A stretch of DNA of 64,000 bases. Source: Salinivirgaceae bacterium. Lineage in GTDB: Bacteria; Bacteroidota; Bacteroidia; Bacteroidales; SZUA-534. The stretch lies in assembly GCA_017474765.1 (NCBI GenBank), contig JAFVGW010000032.1, forward strand, positions 66,989 to 130,988, written 5' to 3'. A program made the translations under genes and the position numbers. This document shows positions 12,301-19,217 of this stretch, one piece after another. Each line of letters opens with the position of its first letter. Positions within the stretch are counted from its first letter, which is position 1. The notes beneath the pieces were generated by a model. That model was not told the DNA's origin, searched no databases, and worked only from the letters and a program-made list of their open reading frames with translations.

Positions 12301-15099
12301 GTTGAAATGCAGCTTTGAGCCGTCCGTGTGAATAAGATTGCAGTTTTGATAGAAATAAAGATCACCGCCAATGGTAAGTGTATGGTTGGCAATGTCGAGA
12401 CTACCACGGTTAGTAGCCGTCATAAGGTTGCCGCCAACATAAACATCTGTATTCAACCGGACTGTGTCGTTTTTGGTCTTCTCAATGTAGAAGTTTTGAA
12501 ACTGAGTATTAGTAATGCTGGCACATTCAATTGTCTGGTTGTAACCGTCGCCACGCAAATTGATACGGCCGCTCAACTGGTGGAATTTTCCGCCGCCGCC
12601 ATCAGTATTGTAAAAATCGCCATACAAATTTATTGTGCGATTATCCGCATTGAATTCCGTGCCCGAGAACACACTGAAATCACCTTCTACCGTAAGTGTG
12701 CTTTTAAGCGTTTTTATGCCCGACCCGCAAATTTCCACATTAGGCAGTGTGGTACCCGCAATCTCCTGGTCCTCTCCGTTAAAAATCACTGTTGCGTCTT
12801 TGTTAATGTTCAGATAACTGCTACCCAGTTTCCAATCACCTTCAATCGTCAGCCGCACATCTTCATCGGTGATGGTCAATTTCGGAGTATATCCACTTTG
12901 ATCAATCCAGCCTTTGATTGTCAAATCCTGCTCAATTGTTTTGGCCGTGCTACCGTAGATGTAAACATTACCATAGTTGGCTGGCGGAATAATCTGGCCT
13001 ATTTTTGTGGCATCGAACTGAACAATGCTATTGTTGTCGAGCCTTACATCGCCAAACGACTCAAAAGTTGCACCCAAATTGTTCTCACCGCTCACCAGAA
13101 TACGGGTATTGCTTCCCATGGTGAAGACGTTTTCAAGTGTTTTAGAGCCGTTAATCACGTTGTCGTTAATGTCGAGAGCCAAATACAAGACCGCATTGTC
13201 GCTTCTGTTGGTCATTGTCAAAGCTCCGTTGACAGTGATTTCGCCGCCGATGGTTTTGGTTTGTGCGTATGTGGGGTCATCGTTTTCGATAATCAGATTT
13301 TTGAACGTATATGTGCCGGCAGTGCGTTTATAAATTGTTTGTCCGTGGCTGCCGGTGCTTTTCAGCGTGATTGTTCCGTTCGACACAAGCGATGTTGTGC
13401 CCTTGCGGTCGGGATTATCGTAGAAGTGATAACACAAAGTGTGCGAATAATCTCCAAAATCGACTGTTGATGAGCCATTTGTCATCGGGTACATATAAAG
13501 ATGCCCCATAATGGTGGTTGGTCCATTGAACGTCTTGTCGTAATAATCAAGATAGAGGGTGCCGTACGTCACACCTTCGCCGCCGTGAACCTCCTGGTTG
13601 AATTTCGAATCGTAATAGGTTGTACTTGACTCGTGCAAATTGACACTAGCGAAATTCTTCGGAAAATTGTCGTTTCTACCACGAATATATAACCGTGCGC
13701 CACTTGCAACAGTGAGTGTGTTTTCGGTGTTGCCAACCACTTCCGCCTGAAGTCCTTCGGCATTGCCGTTAAGCACAAACGAACCTGACTCAACGGTGAT
13801 ATTGCCTTTCACATTAAATGTGTCGCCGGCTTTGACATAAGTGTCGTTTGTCTGAATCGTTATATTACCCTTTCCCAATGAAAATTCGCCATTAGTGCTG
13901 GCTCCATCGTGATATCTCAATGTTCCGCCCCGTATTGTCATAGGATTTTGCAATTCCATATCACCGGTAACAATCGCGCCAACAAAGGTGTGGTGGTAGT
14001 CGCCTGCTACGTCAACAAGCCGCGTATTCTTATAAACCCTGACATACGATGTGGCGTTGATATTACCGATGTATGTTTTCTCGCCACTTTTCTCGTTACA
14101 ATAAAATCTCAAAACGTTGCAAGTGGCCTCGCCATCAACCCTGATTGTCTGATTCAACAAACCTTTAGAACCACCTTCACCACCAAAATCAGTATATCCT
14201 GTATTGGTATCATACTTGCTACCTTCATCGACAGTAAAGTTTGCATAGAAAATCAAATTGGCCGAACTGCTGACCGTAGAATTCCCTGTAATCAAAAAAT
14301 CTCCAAAAATCTTAACATCATTTGAAATCACCAGAAAACCTCCGCCTGAAACTGTAATGGCATTAAATTTAACAGCATTATCGCCAGATACCGATACCGA
14401 TTGAACTGCCCTGCCATCAAAAACAATAGTACTGCCTTTGTATGTTAAAGTACCCGTATTTGTGTAATTGCCAGTTAGTCGGATTGTTTTGTTGGTCACA
14501 TTGAGGGTCGCACCATTATTGATTGACAACGAACCTTTTATCGTTAAATTATTGCTTGCGGTAACCGTACCTGTGGCAACAGTAAAGTTGCTGAACAACG
14601 TCTTATTTTCTTCCTCATTCACTGCAACGGTCTGATTGGCACCATCAAAAATCACATTCACTGATTTGCCTGTACCTTTATGAAAATTCACCTCGCCACT
14701 GCTGGTGAACCCCTGCTTAACATGCAGCGTATGAGCACCATAAATATCCGAAACAACAGCATGACCGTCAGCCCCAACAGTGAACGCGCCATTCACTATT
14801 ATCGGCAGGTCGTTATCGTTTGTCTTACCAAATGCCAGTGTTCCATTGGTGACAGTCAAGTCATTCACATTCACCGAATCACCAATGGTTACTGTATAAC
14901 CGCCGCTGATGACGAACGTATTGCCTGGCGTTTGCGTTGCCGCCAGCATTTCTGCTGATGTCAAACTCACGCCCCATGTGGCCGGAGCACTAAAATCGCC
15001 AGAAGCAACTGATGTAAATGTATCAGCCAAAGCCGGAGTTGTTGCAAACATCACTGCAATCATTCCAGACATAATTCTTTGTAAAATATTCTTTTTCAT
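139..15099 (-). CDS. giant (4,986 aa) secreted repeat protein, parallel-beta-helix/adhesin-like, T9SS cargo
   Basis: Single uninterrupted 14.96-kb ORF. N-terminal signal peptide MKKNILQRIMSGMIAVMFATTPALA. G/N/T/S/V-rich degenerate strand repeats with recurring super-modules. C-terminal T9SS sorting domain. Confidence 0.85.
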   Translation of the reverse strand: MKKNILQRIMSGMIAVMFATTPALADTFTSVASGDFSAPATWGVSLTSAEMLAATQTPGNTFVISGGYTVTIGDSVNVNDLTVTNGTLAFGKTNDNDLPIIVNGAFTVGADGHAVVSDIYGAHTLHVKQGFTSSGEVNFHKGTGKSVNVIFDGANQTVAVNEEENKTLFSNFTVATGTVTASNNLTIKGSLSINNGATLNVTNKTIRLTGNYTNTGTLTYKGSTIVFDGRAVQSVSVSGDNAVKFNAITVSGGGFLVISNDVKIFGDFLITGNSTVSSSANLIFYANFTVDEGSKYDTNTGYTDFGGEGGSKGLLNQTIRVDGEATCNVLRFYCNEKSGEKTYIGNINATSYVRVYKNTRLVDVAGDYHHTFVGAIVTGDMELQNPMTIRGGTLRYHDGASTNGEFSLGKGNITIQTNDTYVKAGDTFNVKGNITVESGSFVLNGNAEGLQAEVVGNTENTLTVASGARLYIRGRNDNFPKNFASVNLHESSTTYYDSKFNQEVHGGEGVTYGTLYLDYYDKTFNGPTTIMGHLYMYPMTNGSSTVDFGDYSHTLCYHFYDNPDRKGTTSLVSNGTITLKSTGSHGQTIYKRTAGTYTFKNLIIENDDPTYAQTKTIGGEITVNGALTMTNRSDNAVLYLALDINDNVINGSKTLENVFTMGSNTRILVSGENNLGATFESFGDVRLDNNSIVQFDATKIGQIIPPANYGNVYIYGSTAKTIEQDLTIKGWIDQSGYTPKLTITDEDVRLTIEGDWKLGSSYLNINKDATVIFNGEDQEIAGTTLPNVEICGSGIKTLKSTLTVEGDFSVFSGTEFNADNRTINLYGDFYNTDGGGGKFHQLSGRINLRGDGYNQTIECASITNTQFQNFYIEKTKNDTVRLNTDVYVGGNLMTATNRGSLDIANHTLTIGGDLYFYQNCNLIHTDGSKLHFNSATIEQTISNGNTNNTYPTMQFTGGALKRPATNAFDIDGDVIIDNGAIVTTSVKLKVSGNWQNAGTFNHSSEVEFDGADQMISGSAFNQVTFGGTGIKRLSGMINLTGWLKIDSLATLDVSPDDGDTYNNIALSGAWYNNIFSPSGKTGQFVPRKGTVTFTGNNAAIYTGDTLDFDGNGKPGKAFYDVVVNLSDPTYYRQLYPLHLEGEAREKSGPNDMNILNDFTINNGIFYVYWNTIHVGGNLRNVGGTFSMNSHYKSMSKLILGSAPTAKYLDFDPGASNTIRRIVIANGGKYNLMNDYTQYGMSEALEQDSLIDIKNGEFNLNHHTITFNETGNVLIEENGTLQLDSAAVLSMYSNRYLINKGTLKLMGHPNSPAKIQPGAATWYYYIIQEKGTLWADQYSIEGTRTNGLEIQGGTIHPTHNLCNGTFSNSTGNALLTLTGLDLGTGITVDNVTFNVRESSPSANVQRTSGEGTITFTNYSGTLAGKEKEKDIVKYTVGEGLIIWKAPTGFVWTGGGGIDNSWHTGANWDGGKVPTVTDNVILDHTKVVDDYIVKIDKRANVNNLTIEEGVTVNLVGIEDANFDGLEVEGKLTMMEGSTLSQADKRDSLILHGTWNCSGNYSPNGVPAVFDVRAGTHQLTLNKNVELAAMIVNSRANGTLSLSGEVKVADSIRIEAGTLANTNTISLRGDWIEKGGLFDMGESIVNFCSADKEQFVNGGHFWEIRFSNAGKKTITKDISVERTFRIFDGATLVSAGTQNIYLSGRQTNWLNKIGKEAFEQIGDGAVICNGGTSYLGDTPPDPKGTTKRTYYPTTFNNIVLQGTGTKVFRDTAYVKGSVEMVAGIDVTLNRKGAIIGTTLASSFTSYGGALLIYGEDNFPKNMNTIELNAGTVYYRDSIDQVVFPTQYSGLYLYNYYFTTYGIKDEVTKTLADDITVTGSIVINDSITTFVVGDHTITLTGNLSLATGGKQIDWGTDGTVVHVGGTWDVDADIKVLNNVYKKGTGYLYANNEWTVNGNLELDPETRFYMRGNKVTGKAGKTFKLGVNCQLHSAVPKGENNDVAFPLGFGNVEIDETTSTYLVANEDQILYDQVEYGNVYLNNSVIRTVELGGDITVRGNFYVNNDCVTLDDKGHELHLRGATNDLRNYEPTSTVYLESDGDQQVTAGGNFTLLKLNNLSLSGSGVKEINETNVRIMGDINIASGTTFSCNDPIDFSGSSITNNGVFRHYGSTFTFSGAKHHEIRMGVDNIFNSFTLSDGEDVSIVDNGISVNTGVFSLGKNARLDMGTYTHKIASSQIDQAEGCEWITAGANLTFNRGGAQAIPELTCRNIQFSGSGTKTLNGSLNVANLTIDEGVTFSVGSDANNSHPVTLTGDWLCSGSFTSQNDIVYFESTDTKPNHQIKSNGQSFNAVDFNKTTSAANTFSLLDEMSLKDTMEIGPGAKLNLNKNILTIGNDDANSTEIPFVPAGEKITVKSGGELCIDGGAVLRFNHMDDNTRLDVFGTLTMVGSSEANAVITRSSSGYDGRGTAITIYEGGHLAANYYQIQYLAPQGFVVKHGATIDETNNLSNGIWSNMYTSKTYTSPADNLTVYDRFVYLTIEVEEVKNPIMYLAFNHGGTPVQGSHFNIARSHEREKSITLGGTINGTMGFKNFEVDRTSDEEVTKIIWPAITQTVWTGFVSTDWFNKNNWMPRQVPTDELSVRIPLTANAPIIYKEGAVCKNLTIVNGSLTIEDFAKTAPTNPSLDVQGSVDVQNGGVLAVENSADIRVIGDWSIADKGYFVPQNGTVRFSAGGGSVSIVPRKSDFNNVVFDGSATYMLMGSAVKFNGDFTISGGIVWPSTSNYVYTIKGDYNISGGSFNRDITGYVKFAGANQTITNGCFSRVRFANAGIKTLAGTFDASYNNSTRTNWTIIVEDGATMKASAGCALNIKGNILINSGTTFDDGNQTHTFTGYYWEAPGAYTGSGKVVFSGNHAQYIRGGHFHNVDMTLSTKYINDDVVMTGNLNTSSCTLDMLVSHITGSGTFTAGEKTNVYARGADNYPKFSDYEVNGTSIYAYYNGPMNQTIRAAKYCLLYLNSNTNKTLEGDVIVTRNLYFYDNGGTLFANNKNIYLGGHWYNQYSGRFVPGTGRVIFNGTDGTQCAYLGVSVDNPFYDVEVNKPENQQFYASSVDLDVQGSLYVTSGKMSCSSGFKVRVGGNVTVAGSGVIAQSGSYELCRQAGECRIQTNGSILNDLIINGETQTVFKLNDALTVYGNFTLQKGIFDQNGYVATLGNSLDNILIYGTYKVTPGGKLRIGSNSSLVVKSGGVFDAVGDEVNYAQITNNSDRYFFTVESGGKINAEYYNFAYLAKQGLIISDGAIIDGYQNFSNGVFSNVVSGGICLDIRNTQDMTGTGGDGRIKNISFPNNPGGGAVNIKKVEAATGNIEVYNATGLLAGELYENDPYNLITWTGDIEYIWTAGSVSDKTNWFNPANWRAQLAGETIVTGKIPSTDNNVTIPQVAGGNYPIITCDSACAKRLTIGNNAQLTIQITTTRPDTVICALTATSDVTVNGTLTMVSELDSLRLYGNWVIGTKGKLNAGNGTIEMTGVGVKTVQNKMANFNNFVINNNGTIQAQSVMKVGGNFLIKKGTFDVSSYDVTVGGDYINEGVFSASTKTLILNGVGSHEFNPGSSTYCNIAVKNGAYSLTDNELYLTRNLDIDGGTLNVAGNIINLGDGTGIDNVNITNGGLLAMGVDGKLKMGSNAIVNANSGGTLSLLGVENHEAIITSQTTSGTYAVNIGSEGRIAARNYKVERINASGVHLLAGSVIDGTDNLSDGQYVSGAAGGRYLWFENSFGGAADTDTIKVSNVYFNAGPAHNVKRSNASTNGVITIIDAVGVVASYYFEEEDPADGLSANGGAIVWDYTGDVLYWRGNHARGNDTDGTRWDNPDNWENPKGVAASPTSETRVFINQQSHGKYPIIYADNYGGDAFAAGIDIYEGACLTQNAGHSLTVGDAALGISIGTGATFTAKDVVTVKGQFTNAGTFDHGGSSTIIWESKRNRNIEMNNCAFYNFTVKNDDNASVTFAVERGKSLEVKNHFTIESGTVDCNGGTLEVGGNFTNNNGTFVHGSGTVKLNGASNQTISSSNGALSFYNLELIGSGSKLIDVSLNIDKDITVGTAVSAPTADIICHGDWKRPTSGSQSNNFTGGSGWVKFVGTTIQNIAKPETFTNIEINNSSPASILTTYIQTISGNLKLTRGILTGNESNPIRLTSTAVIDGGSPTSYINGSVEKDATSGDFFFPIGGSDRYAPIEINEISGTYRAIYHSETPANRTNLENNVNRVSQKEYWTLTSGSGALPKVKLYWQDSVFSELTDFDVVSVVLYNAGKWQRQGAGGRDHIVPIVVGDTSAGHIFTQEPIDAFGNLTFGFTYPTIIWKDNAATSEYKTKANWEGKHAPSSIVNILVKAIADGKKHPIAAAGVENACYDMTIESGGILELADNAVLTVNGNATIDGTLRLGKNSQILFMRDVNARGAEVLADEGSMVRICGKTEQPFELSSCYNLIIEGGKDSKNEYRKILGNNVVINGSLSIDNYTELDAGTHEVTLKGNLTINTYGKLAKTNSTFVLAGEKKQILSITPNRPLYNLTINNTGSADDGPQIDLGTGIVVNGNLQLEQGLLHSASSARLKLGESATSSLGKPQSYVVGEMEKTGQAPFVFPIGSTERLAQLGVSGITKSTSIIAEYSNKKPVSVANLDADLEKVSHLESWNISSGGSTEAYLTLYWTNSVYNEINNLSTLLVSIFDGSKWVSVGQTSGGSKFNSDNSGYIQSGSKVAISGKVTPRSMRQQTTRRTLNSAPHVLSDGGGVMATFGTTKWVDNPLPIELVSFEAVVADNNTDVSLVWTTASEHNNAYFTIEHMFDGELVIVDTIAARGGAGEGADYSYLHINQPVGTHYYRLLQTDFDGQTTVASEWSAVVIESSDQQVLSASVAPNPGKCQNIRISVKGIGGGKLRYVVADMSGQTIIDRTIGTAGMSSILIDAADWNLQPSVYLIKVFTDNGQTVSKFVVE

Positions 15100-15323
15100 A
15101 ACATTACAATTATTTCAAACACCATTTCAAACCGCAAAAATGTGGTTTGTGTTAAACGCACAAAGTAACTAATACCTATTTAAAAAAAGGAATTTTATGG
15201 CGAAACAACGCTACTTTTTGACCAATGTAGGGCAGCATTTTTTATGAACAAAATAAGAACAGATTATTAACAGCAGCCAATGTTTGCGAGGCTTTTGTAA
15301 ATTCGCAGCCAAAAACAAGAATC

Positions 15324-17279
15324 ATGGAACCTGACAGCAATTTTGAATACGTTATCGACCGCTTTGCCGACATCAAGATTATGCGGTACAAAGTACCTGA
15401 ATTTGAAAATCTTACACTTAACCAAAAGATATTCATCTACTATCTGAGCCAGGCGGCGCAGTGCGGACGCGACATTATTTTCGACCAGTTCTACCGCCAC
15501 AACCTGCTTGTGCGCCGCACCGTTGACGCCATTGTCAACAGTTATGGCGGCAATCGCGAAAGCGGTGATTTTAAGCAATTTATGGTTTACGCCAAACGTG
15601 TTTGGTTCAGCAACGGCGTTCACCACCACTACAGTTGCGACAAATTTTTCCCTGAAATTGACGCCGAAACATTTAAGCAACTGATTATCAATTCCGATTT
15701 CGGTCAAATGCCGAAAAACGAAGGCGAAACGGCAATGGATTTTGCCAATCGGGTAACCGAGATAATATACAGCAAATCAGACCTTAAGCGCGTCAGTCTT
15801 GACAGCAGCGGCGACGTGGTGAAGGCGTCGGCGTGCAATTTCTACAGCGGTGTGAGTCAGGCCGAAGTGGAAGCGTACAACGCCACTCTGCCCCAACCCG
15901 ACGCGGGTCGGCCACTGTCGAACGGACTCAACAGCCGTCTTGTGAAAAACGACGGGCGCATCACCGAAGAAACTTATCGCGTAGGCGGAAAATATGGCAA
16001 GGCTATCGAACAGATTGTCAGTTGGTTGGAAAAAGCTGCGCCTTACGCCGAAACTGAACAGCAGCGCCAATCGATTGAAAAACTCATCAGTTACTACCAA
16101 ACGGGCGACCTGCGCACTTGGGACGAGTATAACATCTTGTGGGTCAGCGACAACGTGCCGTTAGTGGATTTCGTGAACGGCTTTATCGAAGTGTACGGCG
16201 ACCCGCTCGGCATCAAGGCCACGTGGGAATCGCTCGTCAACTTCAAAGACCTGACGGCAACACGCCGAACCGAGATTATCAGCGGCAACGCGCAATGGTT
16301 TGAAGACCACGCACCCATCGACAGCCGTTTCAAGAAAAAGAGCGTTAAAGGTGTGACTGCCAAAGTGATAACCGCTGTTCAACTTGGCGGCGACTGCTAC
16401 CCGTCGACGCCCATCGGCATCAATCTGCCCAACGCCGACTGGATTCGCAAGGAACACGGCTCAAAGTCGGTGACCATCGAGAACATCACCTATGCCTACC
16501 ATCAGGCGAGCCTTGGCAGCGGAATGCTCGACGAGTTCTGCCACGACGAAGCCGAACGCGCCCGCTCGCGCAAGTACGGCTACCAGTCGAGCAACCTGCA
16601 CACCGACCTGCACGAGTGTCTGGGACACGGCTCGGGCCAACTGCTGCCTGGCACCAACCCCGACGCGCTGAAAAACTACAGTTCGACTCTGGAAGAAGCC
16701 CGCGCCGACCTTTTCGCGCTCTACTACATTGCCGACCCGAAGATTGTCGAGTTAGGATTATTACCTGACAATGAAGCGTTTAAGGCCGAATACGACTCGT
16801 ATATCCGCAACGGCCTAATGACGCAGCTCACACGTATCGTGTTGGGCAAAGACCTTGAAGAGTCGCATATGCGCAACCGCCAACTCATTGCCCGCTGGGC
16901 GCTCGAAAAAGGCAAGGCCGAAAATGTGGTTGAACTGCTGAAAATCGACGGAAAAAGTTACACCCGAATCAACGATTATGCGAAACTGAGAGAACTTTTC
17001 GGCAAGTTGCTGGCTGAAATTCAAAGGATTAAATCGGAAGGCGACTACGAAGCGGGCAAAGCCCTTGTCGAGACCTACGCCGTGAAAATCGACCGCACTC
17101 TGCACGCCGAAGTGCTGCAACGCTTTGAGAAACTGAACATTGCGCCATACGGCGGCTTTGTGAATCCTGTTTTGAATCCTGTTGTTGAGAATGGCAGAAT
17201 TACCGATATAACTATTGATTACACAGAGAGTTATACCGAGCAAATGCTGCGGTATGGAAGGGAATTCGGATTTTTGTAA
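15324..17279 (+). CDS. dipeptidyl-peptidase III (peptidase family M49)
   Basis: M49 zinc-binding motifs HECLGHGSG (HExxGH) and EEARADLFALY (EExRAD/E). 651 aa. Confidence 0.9.
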   Translation: MEPDSNFEYVIDRFADIKIMRYKVPEFENLTLNQKIFIYYLSQAAQCGRDIIFDQFYRHNLLVRRTVDAIVNSYGGNRESGDFKQFMVYAKRVWFSNGVHHHYSCDKFFPEIDAETFKQLIINSDFGQMPKNEGETAMDFANRVTEIIYSKSDLKRVSLDSSGDVVKASACNFYSGVSQAEVEAYNATLPQPDAGRPLSNGLNSRLVKNDGRITEETYRVGGKYGKAIEQIVSWLEKAAPYAETEQQRQSIEKLISYYQTGDLRTWDEYNILWVSDNVPLVDFVNGFIEVYGDPLGIKATWESLVNFKDLTATRRTEIISGNAQWFEDHAPIDSRFKKKSVKGVTAKVITAVQLGGDCYPSTPIGINLPNADWIRKEHGSKSVTIENITYAYHQASLGSGMLDEFCHDEAERARSRKYGYQSSNLHTDLHECLGHGSGQLLPGTNPDALKNYSSTLEEARADLFALYYIADPKIVELGLLPDNEAFKAEYDSYIRNGLMTQLTRIVLGKDLEESHMRNRQLIARWALEKGKAENVVELLKIDGKSYTRINDYAKLRELFGKLLAEIQRIKSEGDYEAGKALVETYAVKIDRTLHAEVLQRFEKLNIAPYGGFVNPVLNPVVENGRITDITIDYTESYTEQMLRYGREFGFL

Positions 17280-17365
17280 AGATTACGCGCAACTCAGAAT
17301 TAACTAAATATTTGTAGGACAAAACATCATCATCATTGCAACAATGACCTGGCGTACACACACTT

Positions 17366-18991
17366 ATGAATGATTCCCCAATAATATCGAATCCTCTTGT
17401 TGTGCACTGCGACACTTGTGGCGGCACGATTACCTACGACATAGAACGGGAAAAATATCGCTGCAAATCTTGTGGCGAGTTGTACGATTATTCGAAAATA
17501 AAAACAAACACAGAGCATTGGAAAGACATACACAAAATAACCATCAGTAAGGAAGCCAATAAGATAAAGATATTCAAATGCAAATCGTGCGGTGCCAAAG
17601 TTACGAGCAAGATAATTGGAAGCAATACTGCCGAGTGTCCTTTCTGCCGAAGCGTTTTAAAAGAGAGTTCTTCGGTAATGAATATCCCTGACATTATTAT
17701 TCCTTTCGAAATCTCGAAAGATTATGCCATCAAACAATTTGAGAAATGGTACAAAAAGCATAAGTGGCAAAAGGTTGCGAAACAATTATACAAACAGCGA
17801 ATGCTGCTACAAGGCTGCTACCTGCCCTACTACGTGACAAAAGGCATAATCAAAGCCGAGACAATCGCCGCATGGGGTGCCGCCGACGAAAACTACGAAC
17901 TTTTTGACAATGAATACACTAGCGAAAGTCCCGACCGACATACATTCCGAACATTCTTAAACGGAATTGCCGTCAACGCCTCTCATGATTTAGACAACAA
18001 CTGCCTTGACGCTGCAGAACCATTCGACTTTACGCGTGCACAAGGATTCGAATTCAAGTACTTGGCGGGAGAAAGAGCCAAAATACACGATATCAACGCC
18101 AAAGAAACCGAAGAAAGGATTAACACCGAAACTAAAAACAAACTATGGTTCTGCCTCAAACAAGTAATAGGCACAAGCAATTTCCGCATAAAAATCAACG
18201 AGACAGAAGCAGAAAGTTTCACAGCATTTTTGCCCATGTACATTTTCAAACTCGACAGCAAAACTGTGGCTGTTAACGGACAGACTGGTAAAGTTGCCGT
18301 ATCAACAAACAAAAAGAGCAAAGTCATTGAGCCATATAAAATTATAGTATTTGCGACATTGACAATTATAGGGGTAAACTGCATCTCTTCTTTTTTTGAA
18401 AGCAGCAATAAAAAGTTTATATTTTCAATACTATTCATTGCAATTATTCTCGCACTTGTAAAAAATGAAATAAAAAACACAGACGAGATACTGACATATT
18501 CCGACAAACACGAAAACGAAAAAAACAACGGACTGGAAACCTTGTTCTACCAAACTCAGGATAACAAGGAGACGCCTATAGTAATAAAATACCATGGGCT
18601 CTGGCAAACAACAAGGCTTATACTTGGCTCACTTATAACAATTTATGCCCCATTCATCGCCGCATATTTTGCAAGAATGACAGGACACGGCAACACGCTT
18701 CTTTTTTCTGAAGGAAAACTATATTATGGCGTAGCAGCAATCATTTCGGCAGTATATTGCCTTAAGCAAATTCCCCACCGCTACACACAATCCTCTACGT
18801 ACAAAATAAAAGCCGACGGAAAACCCGAAAGAACGCCTCCTATTAAATTTATATACAGACAATTACTAAAACAGAATGTTGATTTATTGCTTACCAACGA
18901 ATCTCACAAAAAAGCGGGCGGATACGCCATTTTTATACTACTAAGTATGCTTTTCGTGCTTTCTTTCCTCAAGATTTTAGGAATAAATTGA
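17366..18991 (+). CDS. double zinc-ribbon protein with multi-pass C-terminal membrane region, function unknown
   Basis: Two CxxC...CxxC pairs (CDTCGG...CKSCG; CKSCG...CPFC). Soluble middle ending VNGQTGKV. At least five hydrophobic segments follow (IIVFATLTIIGVNCISSFF, FIFSILFIAIILALV, LILGSLITIYAPFIAAYFA, YYGVAAIISAVYCL, YAIFILLSMLFVLSFL). Visibly A/T-richer than its neighbours. Confidence 0.7.
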   Translation: MNDSPIISNPLVVHCDTCGGTITYDIEREKYRCKSCGELYDYSKIKTNTEHWKDIHKITISKEANKIKIFKCKSCGAKVTSKIIGSNTAECPFCRSVLKESSSVMNIPDIIIPFEISKDYAIKQFEKWYKKHKWQKVAKQLYKQRMLLQGCYLPYYVTKGIIKAETIAAWGAADENYELFDNEYTSESPDRHTFRTFLNGIAVNASHDLDNNCLDAAEPFDFTRAQGFEFKYLAGERAKIHDINAKETEERINTETKNKLWFCLKQVIGTSNFRIKINETEAESFTAFLPMYIFKLDSKTVAVNGQTGKVAVSTNKKSKVIEPYKIIVFATLTIIGVNCISSFFESSNKKFIFSILFIAIILALVKNEIKNTDEILTYSDKHENEKNNGLETLFYQTQDNKETPIVIKYHGLWQTTRLILGSLITIYAPFIAAYFARMTGHGNTLLFSEGKLYYGVAAIISAVYCLKQIPHRYTQSSTYKIKADGKPERTPPIKFIYRQLLKQNVDLLLTNESHKKAGGYAIFILLSMLFVLSFLKILGIN

Positions 18992-19128
18992 GAGCGTTTC
19001 GGACGGATTTAAGTATTTTGATTCTGTCGGAATCTTGTTAAAATAGATAGATTCCGACTAAATCGAGATTCAAGAATGTTGAAATTATATCAGATACAGA
19101 TATTTACAACCAGCGAGCAGAAACTTCA

Positions 19129-19159
19129 TTTGAAGATTTATCGGATTTTTCTATCTTTG
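19129..19159 (+). promoter_or_regulatory. Bacteroidetes-type promoter for the RNA ligase gene
   Basis: TTTG (19129-19132), a 19-nt spacer, then TATCTTTG (19152-19159). This is an exact match to the -33 TTTG / -7 TAnnTTTG consensus, 58 nt before the ATG. Confidence 0.5.
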
Positions 19160-19217
19160 TAGAAAGCGAAAATTTTAGCGCTTTCTGACAACGAATTAAT
19201 CTTAAAACAAACTGTAT

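Noticed and set aside
12328-13470. 380-aa plus-strand ORF, with dozens of shorter ORFs on both strands between 291 and 15172
   Set aside because: All lie inside, and mostly antisense to, the 4,986-codon ORF. Their translations are low-complexity mirror images of the repeat DNA, with no signal or motif of their own.
15267-15707. 146-aa minus-strand ORF overlapping the 5' end of the DPP III gene
   Set aside because: It is antisense to a gene with clear M49 motifs and has no independent evidence.
19026-19058. 9-bp hairpin GTCGGAATC-N15-GATTCCGAC after the zinc-ribbon gene as a terminator
   Set aside because: No T-tract follows and the loop is large, so the evidence is too weak to call.
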